From: Candidatus Sabulitectum sp. | Lineage (GTDB): Bacteria; Fermentibacterota; Fermentibacteria; Fermentibacterales; JCC-6 | Assembly: GCA_023145375.1 (NCBI GenBank) | Contig: JAGLDY010000013.1 | Span: 26,868 to 90,867, forward strand | DNA length: 64,000 nt | Reading direction: 5' to 3' | In this document: piece by piece, positions 44,501 through 53,816 of the stretch | Position numbering within the stretch: the first letter of the stretch is position 1 | Layout of the letters: the number at the start of each line of letters is the position of its first letter | The notes under the pieces: model-generated | What the model was told of the DNA's origin: nothing | Databases searched by the model: none | Seen by the model: the letters and a program-made list of their open reading frames with translations, nothing else | Made by a program: the position numbers and the translations under genes

Positions 44501-45420
44501 CCAGAGGTATTGAAAATTGCTGAAACCCGTGAATCAAGATAACGTGGGGCACCATCGATCTCCTGAACAACCGAGTAACAGTACTCTCCTGTGGAATGAA
44601 CTCTCTCAATTGCCTTTTTCAGTCTATCAGGAGAAACATTCTTAAGTTTATGGATATCCATGACAGTCTTCCCGATAACCTCCCGGGCGGAATAGCCAAA
44701 GAGCTTTTCTGCCATGGGATTGTAGAAGGTAATGATCATATCCATATCCGTTGTGGCGATGGCCACGTCGCTGGCACTCTGCAGGATATTATCCAGCATC
44801 ATTGTCTTGTAAGCCAGATCCTCTTCATCCTGTTTTGTCTCAGTTACATCCATGATCAGACCGTTGAATACAGCACAGGTTCCATCTTTGGACAAACCCG
44901 ATGAAGAAATAACGCGGATCCAGCTCCACTCCTTCTTTATCGGATGGTAATTCCTGAAAGTTTCATCAAAAACATCATCACCTGCGCCGTGGAACATCTG
45001 ATGTGCCATTGTAACTCTATGGGTGTCATCCGGATGAATGTTTGCGAACCAGTTTGCGTTGTCATCCAAGTTCTCGATCCCCAGTATATCCTTTATTGCA
45101 GGACTCGCGAATGTGTTGTGTATCTCAAAAGTCTTATCACTGGCAAGCTCTACTTGATAGATACCGAAACCCTTGGCGTTAAACATAATACTATCGATCT
45201 TGAATCTGTCGGTACGGAGATCAGCCCCGTCTGACAACGGTTGAATGGATGAGGAAGACTCGAGAATAGCTATTCGAGCATGCAACTCTTCCATTTCAAG
45301 GATCAACTGGGCTTTCGTCTTCCTGCTGTTCTTCAAAATGATCTCCTGCCGGAGTGTGTACACCTTCTCTACCGGGAACAGGTACTCACCGGGCAGGATG
45401 TTTTTCAGACACAGTAACAA
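41587..45420 (-). CDS. Multi-PAS hybrid sensor histidine kinase with PocR-like module and C-terminal receiver
   Basis: Several PAS/PAC repeats. PocR-like SFCELIQSTDAGMFRCLKHH. H-box GGVAHDFNNLL. ATPase TGEGTGLGMSTVYGIV. Receiver ILVAEDDEMV...LMLDVVMPGLGG. Confidence 0.85.
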   Translation of the reverse strand: MLLCLKNILPGEYLFPVEKVYTLRQEIILKNSRKTKAQLILEMEELHARIAILESSSSIQPLSDGADLRTDRFKIDSIMFNAKGFGIYQVELASDKTFEIHNTFASPAIKDILGIENLDDNANWFANIHPDDTHRVTMAHQMFHGAGDDVFDETFRNYHPIKKEWSWIRVISSSGLSKDGTCAVFNGLIMDVTETKQDEEDLAYKTMMLDNILQSASDVAIATTDMDMIITFYNPMAEKLFGYSAREVIGKTVMDIHKLKNVSPDRLKKAIERVHSTGEYCYSVVQEIDGAPRYLDSRVSAIFNTSGETVGYCLFSRDVTAGRLAEEKLHESRERYRKLVESTADLVWAIDLKGFHTFTNNSIQSILGYETSEVLGKSVFSMMYPDDREHIKKVFARGMKKKEGWSNVEIRWVHKDGSVRILESTARPLFDSDGEVVGFTGIDRDVTDHRKAQQALLKSENDMRALFNAMTDVVFEMDYDGNYINIAPTSPSLMYKPVSTIVGKKLHQVFPEADADRFLAFVRECLDKTEALTIEYPLSIGDRTVWFEGRATPKTENTVLYIATDITRRKHLEEQARHRLIALTQPEVELGDLSLTDVIGLDMLQDIQDALADAFKLPSVILSPDGAPITVPSRLPSFCELIQSTDAGMFRCLKHHRRQMRSMRKDLTPQVRRGCALSSTVFGSVPIMLQGRHLGSWVIGQMIIGDLDGDEVRQYADEVGVDREKLLVAAGSIASVETEAFKYTVDFLNTLSSQLSLLALQNLQQARNISASEEALVEHQRLMSAIEQAAETVVITDVHGKIEYVNPAFEQTTGYSKNEAIGQNPSFLQSGKHDDSFYSEIWETLSTGETWSGKLINRKKDDTFFTEEATISPVKNSSGDIVNYVAVKRNITVEVKLEEQLRQAQKMEAVGQLAGGVAHDFNNLLQVINGYTALTLAELDKNHPAREFVQEVVKAGERARTLVSQLLSFSRQQIINPVDLDLNEVIENLMKMIRRVIGEHIQYEFIPGHNLGTIHADWGQMEQVLINLCLNSRDALPQGGRITIETENVFIDNEYARTHSGSSPGRYTLLSVSDNGCGMDKKTMDSIFNPFFTTKPTGEGTGLGMSTVYGIVKQHHGEIQVYSEPDKGTIFKIYMPIVQRRAVHVSREVNGPVPTGTETILVAEDDEMVLSLTRETLTIAGYNVIEAGNGPKALELFNGSPEKISLLMLDVVMPGLGGKEVYDKIRETHPDVPALFSSGYSHNAVHTGFVLDKDLNFIQKPFSPDTLLRKIRKMLDT

Positions 45421-45604
45421 AAGACAACTGCTTTACCCGGAAACATGATCCATCACCTGCCGGAAAATACAATACTGGAGAACTTTCACCATGTCAAGCA
45501 GAGGAAGTTTATTAACTCAAAAAGGATTTGAATAAGATATCTCTTACCCCTTTGGAATACCTGTTATTGATGAAATAAAACAAATGGGAAAAAGGTTACC
45601 ACGC

Positions 45605-46051
45605 TTACTTGATCTGATAGAATTTACGGGTACCCTTTTGAACAGTAACCAGAGATCCCTGCTTCACAAGCATACGCAGTGCTCCCTTAACTTTCAGACC
45701 TCCAAACCGCCTGAGCTTTCCAAGTATCTTGGATTCTGTTCTGGAGACAACACAGTACTCAAGTATCTCACCTGCGATGATCCCTGCGCCGGAGGGAAGC
45801 AGATTCTTCGGGTAAACAATGGTCTTCCCGGGATTCCATACCTCCTGCTGAAACGAAAGATCCTCCTCGCTGGCATTAAGAAGTTTCAGAAGAGCAGTCT
45901 TGATACTACCACCTTCACCGCTGGATCCGTATCCATGGATCACGGATATGGGCGAAAGGTCTCCGCCTTTCACTCTTCCATTGTAGTGTTTTACAAAGAT
46001 AGCGATAGCTTGAACAACCTGATACCCATGAAGATCCACTTCAGTTCTCAT
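45605..46051 (-). CDS. Smr domain protein with C-terminal extension
   Basis: VDLHGYQVVQA...VIHGYGSSG is the Smr pattern. An extra ~60 aa of unknown function follow. Confidence 0.6.
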   Translation of the reverse strand: MRTEVDLHGYQVVQAIAIFVKHYNGRVKGGDLSPISVIHGYGSSGEGGSIKTALLKLLNASEEDLSFQQEVWNPGKTIVYPKNLLPSGAGIIAGEILEYCVVSRTESKILGKLRRFGGLKVKGALRMLVKQGSLVTVQKGTRKFYQIK

Positions 46052-46590
46052 CCGGGATGGTCTGCTTTAAGCAATCCAAAGACAGAAGCGCTTATATAGT
46101 TCCCGTCTTTCATATACTCGTCACGAAGAATACCTTCTTTTGTGAAACCGATCTTCTCCAGCACCCGTCCCGAGGCTGGGTTATGCAGGAAATGTCTTGA
46201 AGTGATCTTGTGAAGTCCCATTTCACTGAAGGCATACTCCACCAGTGCTGCAGCCGCTTCTGAACAGTAACCTTTGTTCCAGTACGGTTTCCCAAACCAG
46301 TACCCCAGCTCACCACGGTTGTGATTCTTTGAAACTGATATTCCCACAACACCCATCAGTTCGCCACTTTTCAGTGTTACTGCAAGTTCGATCCCCTGCC
46401 CCAGGTAGAATTTCGCAGCATGGGTACTGATCCACTCCACAGCATTTGCTTCAGTGTATGGATGAGGCATACCCAGGGTGTTTCTATAAATTTCTTCAGA
46501 GCCTGCATTCTCCTGCACAAAAGCGGAATCCCCTGTTGTAAAAGGCCTCAGAATAAGGCGAGCAGTCTCGATCACCGGAGGATGCTTCAT
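46048..46590 (-). CDS. GNAT N-acetyltransferase (RimJ/RimL-like)
   Basis: RLILRPFTTGD...ELGYWFGKPYWNKGYCSEAAAALVEYAF...NPASGRVLEKIGF. Confidence 0.75.
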   Translation of the reverse strand: MKHPPVIETARLILRPFTTGDSAFVQENAGSEEIYRNTLGMPHPYTEANAVEWISTHAAKFYLGQGIELAVTLKSGELMGVVGISVSKNHNRGELGYWFGKPYWNKGYCSEAAAALVEYAFSEMGLHKITSRHFLHNPASGRVLEKIGFTKEGILRDEYMKDGNYISASVFGLLKADHPG

Positions 46591-46614
46591 CTGCTTCCCT
46601 TCTGTGACACAGAG

Positions 46615-47205
46615 TTAACTATCGCTTTTATTTAAGAAGTCATTGAGTTTCTGTATGGCTCGGGCACGGTGGGAAACCAGGTTCTTTTCCCGGAGAGTGC
46701 ATTCAGCAAAAGTCTTGTTCAACTCTGTGGAAAAGAAGATGGGATCGTAGCCGAACCCTTCTCTACCGGAATGATCTTCGGTTATCACACCATCAACAGA
46801 GCCTTGAAAAAGGTGTTCTCCCCCTGAGGAAGTGACCAGAGCAATGACGGTTCGAAAGGAAGCTCTTCTTTTACTGTTCCTCTCGCCGCTGAGGGCGTTA
46901 AGAAGCTTCTCGGTGTTGTCTCGATAAGAACAACTCTCCCCTGCATACCTTGCAGTGTAAACACCGGGAGCGTCGCCCAGTGCCCACACAAAAAGCCCTG
47001 TGTCGTCTGCTATGGCAGTTCTCTGAGTGGCCTTCGCAGCCGCTCTTGCTTTAAGGAGAGCATTAGCTTCAAGAGTGAGACCGGTTTCTTCAATGTCCCA
47101 GCCTGGAATGATATCACCTATGGAAACTATCTCGCCATGGGCGATAAGTTCTCTGAGCTCTTTCAGCTTGTCTTTGTTGGCAGAAGCGAGAACCATATCT
47201 GTCAT
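46615..47205 (-). CDS. rdgB: dITP/XTP pyrophosphatase (RdgB/HAM1)
   Basis: LASANKDKLKEL..., DDTGLFV, FGYDPIF and KNLVSHRARA. Confidence 0.85.
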   Translation of the reverse strand: MTDMVLASANKDKLKELRELIAHGEIVSIGDIIPGWDIEETGLTLEANALLKARAAAKATQRTAIADDTGLFVWALGDAPGVYTARYAGESCSYRDNTEKLLNALSGERNSKRRASFRTVIALVTSSGGEHLFQGSVDGVITEDHSGREGFGYDPIFFSTELNKTFAECTLREKNLVSHRARAIQKLNDFLNKSDS

Positions 47206-47936
47206 AGTTCTCCCACTGCAGCCCTCTGCGCCGGAATAACTATCTCTCTTATGGCTTCAATGGCGCTGGCGGCCATGGTGAAAACTGTTTCATGGGCCAC
47301 TGGCTCTTCTTCAGCGGATGCCTGTATCTCTATAAGCATTCCGTCCTCACCGGCAACCACATTCATGTCCATGTCCGCTCTGCTGTCCTCTTCGTAACAG
47401 AGATCAAGAAGAGGTACACCTTTCACCACACCCAGGCTCAAAGCACCGATATACTGCTTCCAGGGGTCTTTCTCCAGCTTACCTTTTGAAAGAAGTCTTA
47501 AAATTGCAAGACGAAGAGCAACAACACTTCCTGTGATACTTGCAACCCTGGTTCCACCATCCGCCACCAGTACGTCACAGTCTACCGTTATTGTCTTGTC
47601 AGACATATCTGCCGTGTTCACACACTGTCTGAGAGAGCGGCCTATCAGTCTCTGTATTTCCTGACTGCGACCCTTTATACCATTACCTGTGCGGTCTCTC
47701 CTGATCCGGCGATCACCGCTTCCTGGAAGCATGTCATACTCAGCGGTCACCCAGCCTCTGCCTTTGCCCCGGAGGAACATGGGAACTTTGTACTCTACAG
47801 TTGCGGAACAGAGAACCCTGTTCTCTCCCCAGGAAACAAGAACGCTACCCTGAGGCCCTGGCTGATACCCTGTCTCCAGAGATAAATCCCTCAGATGGTT
47901 CCAGAGTCTGCCGTCAATTCTCTTTGTTTCAGTCAT
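47202..47936 (-). CDS. rph: Ribonuclease PH
   Basis: RIDGRLWNHLRDLSLETGYQPGPQGSVLVSWGENRVLC. 244 aa. 4-nt overlap with rdgB. Confidence 0.9.
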   Translation of the reverse strand: MTETKRIDGRLWNHLRDLSLETGYQPGPQGSVLVSWGENRVLCSATVEYKVPMFLRGKGRGWVTAEYDMLPGSGDRRIRRDRTGNGIKGRSQEIQRLIGRSLRQCVNTADMSDKTITVDCDVLVADGGTRVASITGSVVALRLAILRLLSKGKLEKDPWKQYIGALSLGVVKGVPLLDLCYEEDSRADMDMNVVAGEDGMLIEIQASAEEEPVAHETVFTMAASAIEAIREIVIPAQRAAVGEL

Positions 47937-47967
47937 TCTACTGCCAATCCTGAATTCTCCTGGTTGT

Positions 47968-48585
47968 TTACCTGCTTGAAGAAATACCCCTTACAGAGAT
48001 ACCATCTTCAAATCCCTCAAGGACCTCACCGGCAACAAACGGGAACAACACTGTATACGAAATGAATCTACCCTCAATAGTTCTCACTATTCCCTGCCAG
48101 TCTCCCGATCTGGGAAGGTCAACAAAACAGGAATCACCACTTGCAAAAACCCACAATTTCTCAAGTTCCCCAGGGCTGAAACCGCTGTGATCAGCCCAGA
48201 GTTCAACAAGAAGCTGAAGCTCCGTGTTCCTTGAAGCTGGGCCTGGAGATTCCGGAAGTGAATCAATTATCACTTCGGACTCTGAAGTTACAAATACAGA
48301 GCAAGGTGTTACTTTCCAGTCCGGAGCCCACACAGAGGAACCTGCTTCAATAACCTGTGTCGGATCAAATTCCGGCATGGCAACTGTTTCCATGATCTCT
48401 TCCGCCAGTGTGGTATCAGATATCTGAACATTTCCGTCGGGTCCGAGACCCATCTTTTTGTTCAGGCTGTCCATAATTATCCCGGCTGAAACACCCATGA
48501 GTACCGCAAGAACCACAACTATTATTATCGACCTGACCATCCTGGACGGTGCAGGTCCTTTGGATATCTTTCCTTTTTCGGCCAC
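47968..48585 (-). CDS. Membrane-anchored hypothetical protein
   Basis: N-terminal TM SIIIVVVLAVLMGVSAGII. It abuts the amidase gene. I recognise no family. Confidence 0.45.
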   Translation of the reverse strand: MAEKGKISKGPAPSRMVRSIIIVVVLAVLMGVSAGIIMDSLNKKMGLGPDGNVQISDTTLAEEIMETVAMPEFDPTQVIEAGSSVWAPDWKVTPCSVFVTSESEVIIDSLPESPGPASRNTELQLLVELWADHSGFSPGELEKLWVFASGDSCFVDLPRSGDWQGIVRTIEGRFISYTVLFPFVAGEVLEGFEDGISVRGISSSR

Positions 48586-49701
48586 TCAGTTCTCCCTTCC
48601 AGCATATTCAACTATGGACTCAACAATAGCCTGTGCAGCCCGGAAACGGAAGTCCAGTGACATGAGCGCCTGCTCCTCCTCTGGATTGGATATGAAACCA
48701 ACCTCCACAAGCACTGCAGGCATGAATGCTCCCCGGAGTACATAAAATCCGGCTCGTTTTACGCCCCTGTCTCTTCTAACAGGGAAAGTACTGGTGAAGC
48801 TGTTCTGTATGGAACCTGCAAGGTGGCTGGACTGGTTTTGAAAAATTGACTGTGCCATATCGGCAAGAAGAAAAGAAAGCGGATCGTCAGAAACAGTGGA
48901 AACCTCATCCAGTTCAAGAACATTGTTCTCAAGCATCTGAACCGCCCTGGCATCATCAGTTCTTGCCCGGGAAAGAAAATATGTCTCAAAACCGTGGGCT
49001 GATCGGTTTACTGCAGCATTGCAGTGGATGCTTACGAACAGATCCGCTCTGTTTCTGTTTGCCATGCGCGTTCGCTCACCAAGAGATACATATTCATCAA
49101 CGCTTCTTGTAAGAACGATCCTTAACTCCGGCAGTCTTATTCTGAGAAGATCCCTGACCATGAGAGATATCTCCAGAGTACGATCCTTCTCCTGACTGCC
49201 TGAACCACCCACGGCGCCGGGATCTCTTCCCCCGTGGCCAGGGTCTATCACAATACAGTCGAAGTCAACCAGCCATGGAGACCCCTCGCCCCTTTCAAGA
49301 GCAGCATACACCAGGGAGTCCGACCATAAAGATGTATCCGGGGGGACGGGAGGCGACTGCCAGGCAACCGGTGGAAGGAGTATCTCGTTCTCTGCCCTGG
49401 CGAAGATGATCATAGCCATGGAATCACCGCTGAGAGCCCAGTCAGCAGAAACTATCAGCTGATCGAATTCGACAGTAACGCTGGAAGAATCTGCCGCAAC
49501 ACGGTTGATCCAGATAGGAAGAGGTGTGCCCTCTATCCATTCTACAGGAGCATTGAAACACATCTGCAGAGTGTTGCCAGAGGCATGAATAATGGGATCA
49601 AGTCTTTGCTGACCAATTAGTTCAACAACAACACCGTCATGCCGGGGAAACAAATTGAGAGCTATCCCTGACATGATAGAAATTAGTATAAGACCGCTCA
49701 T
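48586..49701 (-). CDS. N-acetylmuramoyl-L-alanine amidase (Amidase_3, AmiC-like)
   Basis: VIDPGHGGRDPGAVG, LTRSVDEYVSLGERTRMAN and ADLFVSIHCNA. Confidence 0.85.
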   Translation of the reverse strand: MSGLILISIMSGIALNLFPRHDGVVVELIGQQRLDPIIHASGNTLQMCFNAPVEWIEGTPLPIWINRVAADSSSVTVEFDQLIVSADWALSGDSMAMIIFARAENEILLPPVAWQSPPVPPDTSLWSDSLVYAALERGEGSPWLVDFDCIVIDPGHGGRDPGAVGGSGSQEKDRTLEISLMVRDLLRIRLPELRIVLTRSVDEYVSLGERTRMANRNRADLFVSIHCNAAVNRSAHGFETYFLSRARTDDARAVQMLENNVLELDEVSTVSDDPLSFLLADMAQSIFQNQSSHLAGSIQNSFTSTFPVRRDRGVKRAGFYVLRGAFMPAVLVEVGFISNPEEEQALMSLDFRFRAAQAIVESIVEYAGREN

Positions 49702-50168
49702 TGCTCCCTCAGGGAATGCTTCATGGCAGCATCCATTCTTCTTTTGCTGTCCCGGTCAGCTATATCGGATCTCTTGTCATACTTTGTTTTACCTCTGCAC
49801 AGGCCGATCTGGATCTTCGCCCGACCACCCTCAGAGATGTGAACATCAAGTGCAACAAGAGTGACTCCCTTTTCCTCTACTTTTCGCCTGATCTTTCTGA
49901 GTTCCCGGTTATGGGCCAGCAGTTTTCTCCTGCGGTCTGGTTCGTGATTGTCTCTTGCTTCAGGGTACTCGGCAATGTGCATTCCATGAACCCACAGTTC
50001 CAGATTATCATCAAACTGTGCGTAAGCTCCCACAAGACTTACCTTTCCAGCTCTGATGGATTTGATCTCACTGCCTGCAAGAACAAGCCCCATCTCAATG
50101 GATTCCATTATGTGATAATCGTGCCTGGCTCTTCTATTCCTGGCAACTGTCCGTGCTTTCTCGGTCAT
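49698..50168 (-). CDS. smpB: SsrA-binding protein
   Basis: VARNRRARHDYHIMESIEMGLVLAGSEIKSIRAGK...KLLAHNRELRKI...GKTKYDKR. Confidence 0.9.
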   Translation of the reverse strand: MTEKARTVARNRRARHDYHIMESIEMGLVLAGSEIKSIRAGKVSLVGAYAQFDDNLELWVHGMHIAEYPEARDNHEPDRRRKLLAHNRELRKIRRKVEEKGVTLVALDVHISEGGRAKIQIGLCRGKTKYDKRSDIADRDSKRRMDAAMKHSLREQ

Positions 50169-50251
50169 TTCCGCCCCTTCTATCAGGGGAATATATCAGA
50201 GGGGATTGACTTTTGCACGGGTTTTAGCATAATTGCGCCTGTGATGACGGG

Positions 50252-50338
50252 GCCGTGGTGGCGGAATTGGCAGACGCGCTAGGTTCAGGACCTAGTGAGG
50301 GCAACCTTGTGGGGGTTCAAGTCCCCCCCACGGTACCA
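50252..50338 (+). tRNA. tRNA-Leu (anticodon CAG), CCA encoded
   Basis: 87 nt: GCCGTGG-TG-GCGGAATTGGCAGACGC... The anticodon arm is CTAGG-TTCAGGA-CCTAG. There is a long variable arm, a T arm GGGGG-TTCAAGT-CCCCC, and the acceptor 3' strand CCACGGT-A-CCA. It closely resembles E. coli tRNA-Leu(CAG) as I recall it. Confidence 0.9.
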
Positions 50339-50412
50339 GAGGGTCGTAACGAAAGTTGCGGCCCTTTCTCTATATTATCACCACAATCTATCACAGACGG
50401 GAAGGAACTACC

Positions 50413-51648
50413 ATGAGAGGCATCCCTTACAACAAAGAAAAACATCTTGCAAAGTGCTTATCCATCTGGACAGATGTCGGATGGCTGGAGAAGGGGGAGG
50501 AAAAACTCGTTGAACGCTTGTTTGATTCTTCAGATGCTCTTGTTGGCGAACATGATGGTGAGGCTGTCGCCCTGAGTTTTGCCCACTCCGGAACCCTCCG
50601 TCATGCCAGCCACCATCAGGATCTTCCCTTCTGTGCCATTTCAGCGGTAACAGTTGCCTACCATGTAAGGAAACTTGGTTTTGCCGGTACACTCACAGCC
50701 GAGCTTCTTGCTCGCGGGGCAGAACGCGGCGAAGCATTCGCCGGACTTGGAATGTTTGAGCAGGGGTTCTATGACAGACTGGGGTTTGCAAATTTTCCCT
50801 ATACAAGAATTTCAGAATTCAGACCCTCTGATTTAAAGCTGTCCGGGTCATTTTCATCGGAGCCAGTCAGACTCAGCAAGAAGAACTGGGCAGATATCCA
50901 CCGCTGCAGGATCAGTCGGCTTCGCTGGCACGGCTCCATCAATCTTCCAGCGGCTATAACCAGAGCTGACATGGAAGTTAACAAAAGAACCTTCGCCATC
51001 GGTTTCAGAGATACTGATGGAGAACTGACCCATCATTATGTTGTCAGGTCTGTGAAAGGAGAGCATGGGCCAATGAGTATTGCCTGGATGGCATTCCGTA
51101 CACCGAAGCAATTTCAGGACATCCTGCTTTCCATAAAGTCGTTTGGAGACCAGATAGACCTTGTAAGAATGCAGGAACCTACGGGAATACAATTCCAGTC
51201 TCTTCAGCAAAGGCCCATATCCTCAGGGCGGAGAAGTTCAGATTCTCCCCATTCCAAGGTCGGGATAAGAACAGGATGCTGGTCACAGGGAAGGATCCTC
51301 GATGTTGAGGCATGCATAAATGGAATGGAGTGCACTGGAGCACAATACAATTTCAATTTGATCCTCACCGACCCCATTGGAGAATACCTTGATCCATCGT
51401 TCAAATGGAGAGGGTGCGGTGGCGAGTATACTATTGAACTCTCCGAATCATCAAACACTCAAAAGGGTTTAACAGCAAATCTCCCGGTGATGAAGTGCTC
51501 AGTGAACACATTTTCAAAACTCTGGACAGGTACAGCAAAACCATCAATGCTTCCCTACACTGACAACATAGAAGCACCGTCTTCCCTGCTGGAAGAACTG
51601 GACAAAACACTTGTATTGCCCGAACCTTCCTTCGACTGGGATTTTTAA
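50413..51648 (+). CDS. Eis-like GNAT acetyltransferase with C-terminal SCP2-like region
   Basis: I prefer the MRGIPYNKEK start (ORF track 50356). VTVAYHVRKLGFAGTLTAELLARGAERGEAFAGLGMFEQGFYDRLGF has a GNAT core pattern. The ~410-aa length is typical of Eis-type enzymes. Confidence 0.55.
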   Translation: MRGIPYNKEKHLAKCLSIWTDVGWLEKGEEKLVERLFDSSDALVGEHDGEAVALSFAHSGTLRHASHHQDLPFCAISAVTVAYHVRKLGFAGTLTAELLARGAERGEAFAGLGMFEQGFYDRLGFANFPYTRISEFRPSDLKLSGSFSSEPVRLSKKNWADIHRCRISRLRWHGSINLPAAITRADMEVNKRTFAIGFRDTDGELTHHYVVRSVKGEHGPMSIAWMAFRTPKQFQDILLSIKSFGDQIDLVRMQEPTGIQFQSLQQRPISSGRRSSDSPHSKVGIRTGCWSQGRILDVEACINGMECTGAQYNFNLILTDPIGEYLDPSFKWRGCGGEYTIELSESSNTQKGLTANLPVMKCSVNTFSKLWTGTAKPSMLPYTDNIEAPSSLLEELDKTLVLPEPSFDWDF

Positions 51649-52205
51649 CCTGTGAACTGCGGAAGACGCCCTGAAGTCTTCAGCTCTTTTACAGCTGGGT
51701 TATTCCTGTCCCTTTCAGATCTAACTGGATCAGATGATACCCAGCGTATGTTCAGATCAGGATCATTCCATGCAACCCCCTGCTCATCAGAGCCATCGTA
51801 ATACCTGTTCACCGCGTATAGAAGGGTAATGTCACTTATTGCAAGAAAACCGTGTGCTACTCCCGGAGGAATGAGAATGCAGGCAGAGTCACTGCTACTG
51901 AGCTCGATCACCTGAGTGCTCAAAAAAGTGGGTGAACCGGTCCTGAGATCCGCAAGAGCGATCTGAAGATCACCTGAGAGCGGAATCCACCAGTCACTCT
52001 GAATGCGATGAAAGTGCAATCCCCTCATTGATCCTGTGATGGATCTAGAGATATTAAGCTGGATCTCATCCCGGAACTGAACCCCGTCTGGCCATTCAGA
52101 ACGAAATACCTCTGTAAAGCTTCCGCGACTGTCGTTGAAGACTTGGCATTGTTTGAATTCCACACCGTGGATTTTTCCATGAAGTTGAACGATATTATGA
52201 GACAT
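51645..52205 (-). CDS. rfbC: dTDP-4-dehydrorhamnose 3,5-epimerase
   Basis: FNDSRGSFTEVF...SMRGLHFH...PPGVAHGF...WNDPDLNIRW. Confidence 0.85.
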   Translation of the reverse strand: MSHNIVQLHGKIHGVEFKQCQVFNDSRGSFTEVFRSEWPDGVQFRDEIQLNISRSITGSMRGLHFHRIQSDWWIPLSGDLQIALADLRTGSPTFLSTQVIELSSSDSACILIPPGVAHGFLAISDITLLYAVNRYYDGSDEQGVAWNDPDLNIRWVSSDPVRSERDRNNPAVKELKTSGRLPQFTG

Positions 52206-52279
52206 TGGATCCTTTCAAATGGTATGACTGTTCCGCAATTATTACAAAAAGGATTACAAATGAAAAGGGAGAGCCCCTG

Positions 52280-53135
52280 ATGATAGTCTCAACTCTTTGT
52301 CTAGTCACGACTCTGCTGCAGGGCAGTATTACCTTTCCAGGCACGTACCCCACAGCGTACAATGACTTCGTCAGGAGTGTTACTGTACTCCCTGAGAATG
52401 ACTACCTGATGTTTGGTTCAACCGATTCTCCTTTTGCAGAGGGGTCAAGAATAATCCGAACGAATATGTTCGGTGATTGTGTTCAGGATTCCACACCTCC
52501 CTGCGCAGACATATGCGGGTGTCTGTCTATGGATTCATGTATTGTTACTGTGTCTATTCAACAAAATGCGCTTTTTCTTCAAAAGACAACACCAAATGGA
52601 ACTCACTGCTGGACAGTTGCTTATCCAGAGTATTCCGAATGCTCACCAATAATGATCATCTCCGCCCCTGATAGTGGTTATGTGATTTTATCTCAGCTGC
52701 TAAACACAAGAACCTCATCCTCTCTAATCCTGAAAACAGACGTTTCAGGTGAATTTCAATGGCTTACCGTCCTTGATGATTCTTCACCAACCGGGATATC
52801 ACAAAGCGAGGACGGTTCTCTTGTGACCTGCGTTCTTCATGGAACAGGAGGAAGAATCATTACTCTCAGTAATACAGGGCAACCTGAGGATCATTCATGC
52901 ACCCAACCCTTCAAACGGGGCTCTGGTTACTCTCTCTGTTCAACAAATCGCCGGAGCATGGATTACCCTGGTGGTCTCAGACCTGCACGGGCGGACCATG
53001 GAGAGAATATACTTGACCCCTGATGATTCAAATGAGATAACGGTGGAGTTGAGAGAGTTGGGGACCGGCCTGTATTTTGTTACAGCTGTAACATCAGGCA
53101 TATCTGAAACACTGATGCTTACCGTATTGAACTGA
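52280..53135 (+). pseudogene. T9SS-sorted secreted protein disrupted by a +1 frame change near 52860-52880
   Basis: The N-terminal ~200 codons lie in the frame of ORF 52205..53023. The T9SS C-terminal domain (NLRIIHAPNPSNGALVTLSV...LVVSDLHGRTM...GLYFVTAVTSGISETLMLTVLN) lies in the frame of ORF 52839..53135. The frames meet around AATACAGGGCAACCTGAGG. Confidence 0.6.
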
Positions 53136-53145
53136 AAGGGAAGTT

Positions 53146-53805
53146 ATGTCAGGCAGAGAAACAATCAGCAGTCTCATCGAGTTACTTAAGAGACTTTACC
53201 CGGAGGCTGAGTGTCAGCTGAGATACCAGGGTATTCCTGAAAGGCTTGTTATTGCCACCATACTGTCTGCGCAGACAACTGATGCAGCTGTAAACAAAGC
53301 CACCCCTGTCCTTTGGAAAAAATACAGCACAATGAAAGACCTTGCTTCAGCAGACAGATCTCACGTGGAAGATATCCTGAAGACCATAGGCCTGTTCAGG
53401 AACAAGACAGGATTCATCATAAAAGCTGCCGGTTTCATGGCAGAAAAAGGTCTTCCTGATACGATAGATGAACTTATCAAAATGCCCGGAGTGGGCAGAA
53501 AAACAGCAAATGTGATCATGGGTGAGATCTTCGGACAGCCATCCATAACCGTTGACACCCATGTTAAGCGCTTGTCCGCAAGACTGGGGCTTACTGACCA
53601 CACAGACCCGGGTAAGATAGAGATGGACCTGAAAAAGATCATTCCGGAAGAGGAACAGACCATGTTCTCTCACAGGCTGATCACCCACGGCAGAAATATC
53701 TGCAAAGCAAGAAAACCCCTCTGCTCCGTCTGCTCACTTAGCAGCTTCTGTCCTTACTGTAAAAAGTGGAGTCCGCAAAAGCGGACTCCACTTAAAACAA
53801 CTTAA
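53146..53805 (+). CDS. nth: Endonuclease III
   Basis: HhH-GPD LIKMPGVGRKTANVIMGE. The Fe-S motif is C-x6-C-x2-C-x5-C (CKARKPLCSVCSLSSFC). Confidence 0.9.
   Translation: MSGRETISSLIELLKRLYPEAECQLRYQGIPERLVIATILSAQTTDAAVNKATPVLWKKYSTMKDLASADRSHVEDILKTIGLFRNKTGFIIKAAGFMAEKGLPDTIDELIKMPGVGRKTANVIMGEIFGQPSITVDTHVKRLSARLGLTDHTDPGKIEMDLKKIIPEEEQTMFSHRLITHGRNICKARKPLCSVCSLSSFCPYCKKWSPQKRTPLKTT
53761..53793 (-). terminator. Rho-independent terminator of the 53817..54464 gene, embedded in the 3' end of nth
   Basis: AAGTGGAGTCCGC-aaaa-GCGGACTCCACTT is a 13-bp perfect stem. On the minus strand it is followed by a T-run. Confidence 0.7.
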
Positions 53806-53816
53806 CTCGACCAGTC

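Noticed and set aside
49701-50282. 193-aa plus-strand ORF opposite smpB, and the 50295..50513 ORF overlapping tRNA-Leu.
   Set aside because: These are antisense or overlapping shadows of confidently identified smpB and tRNA genes.
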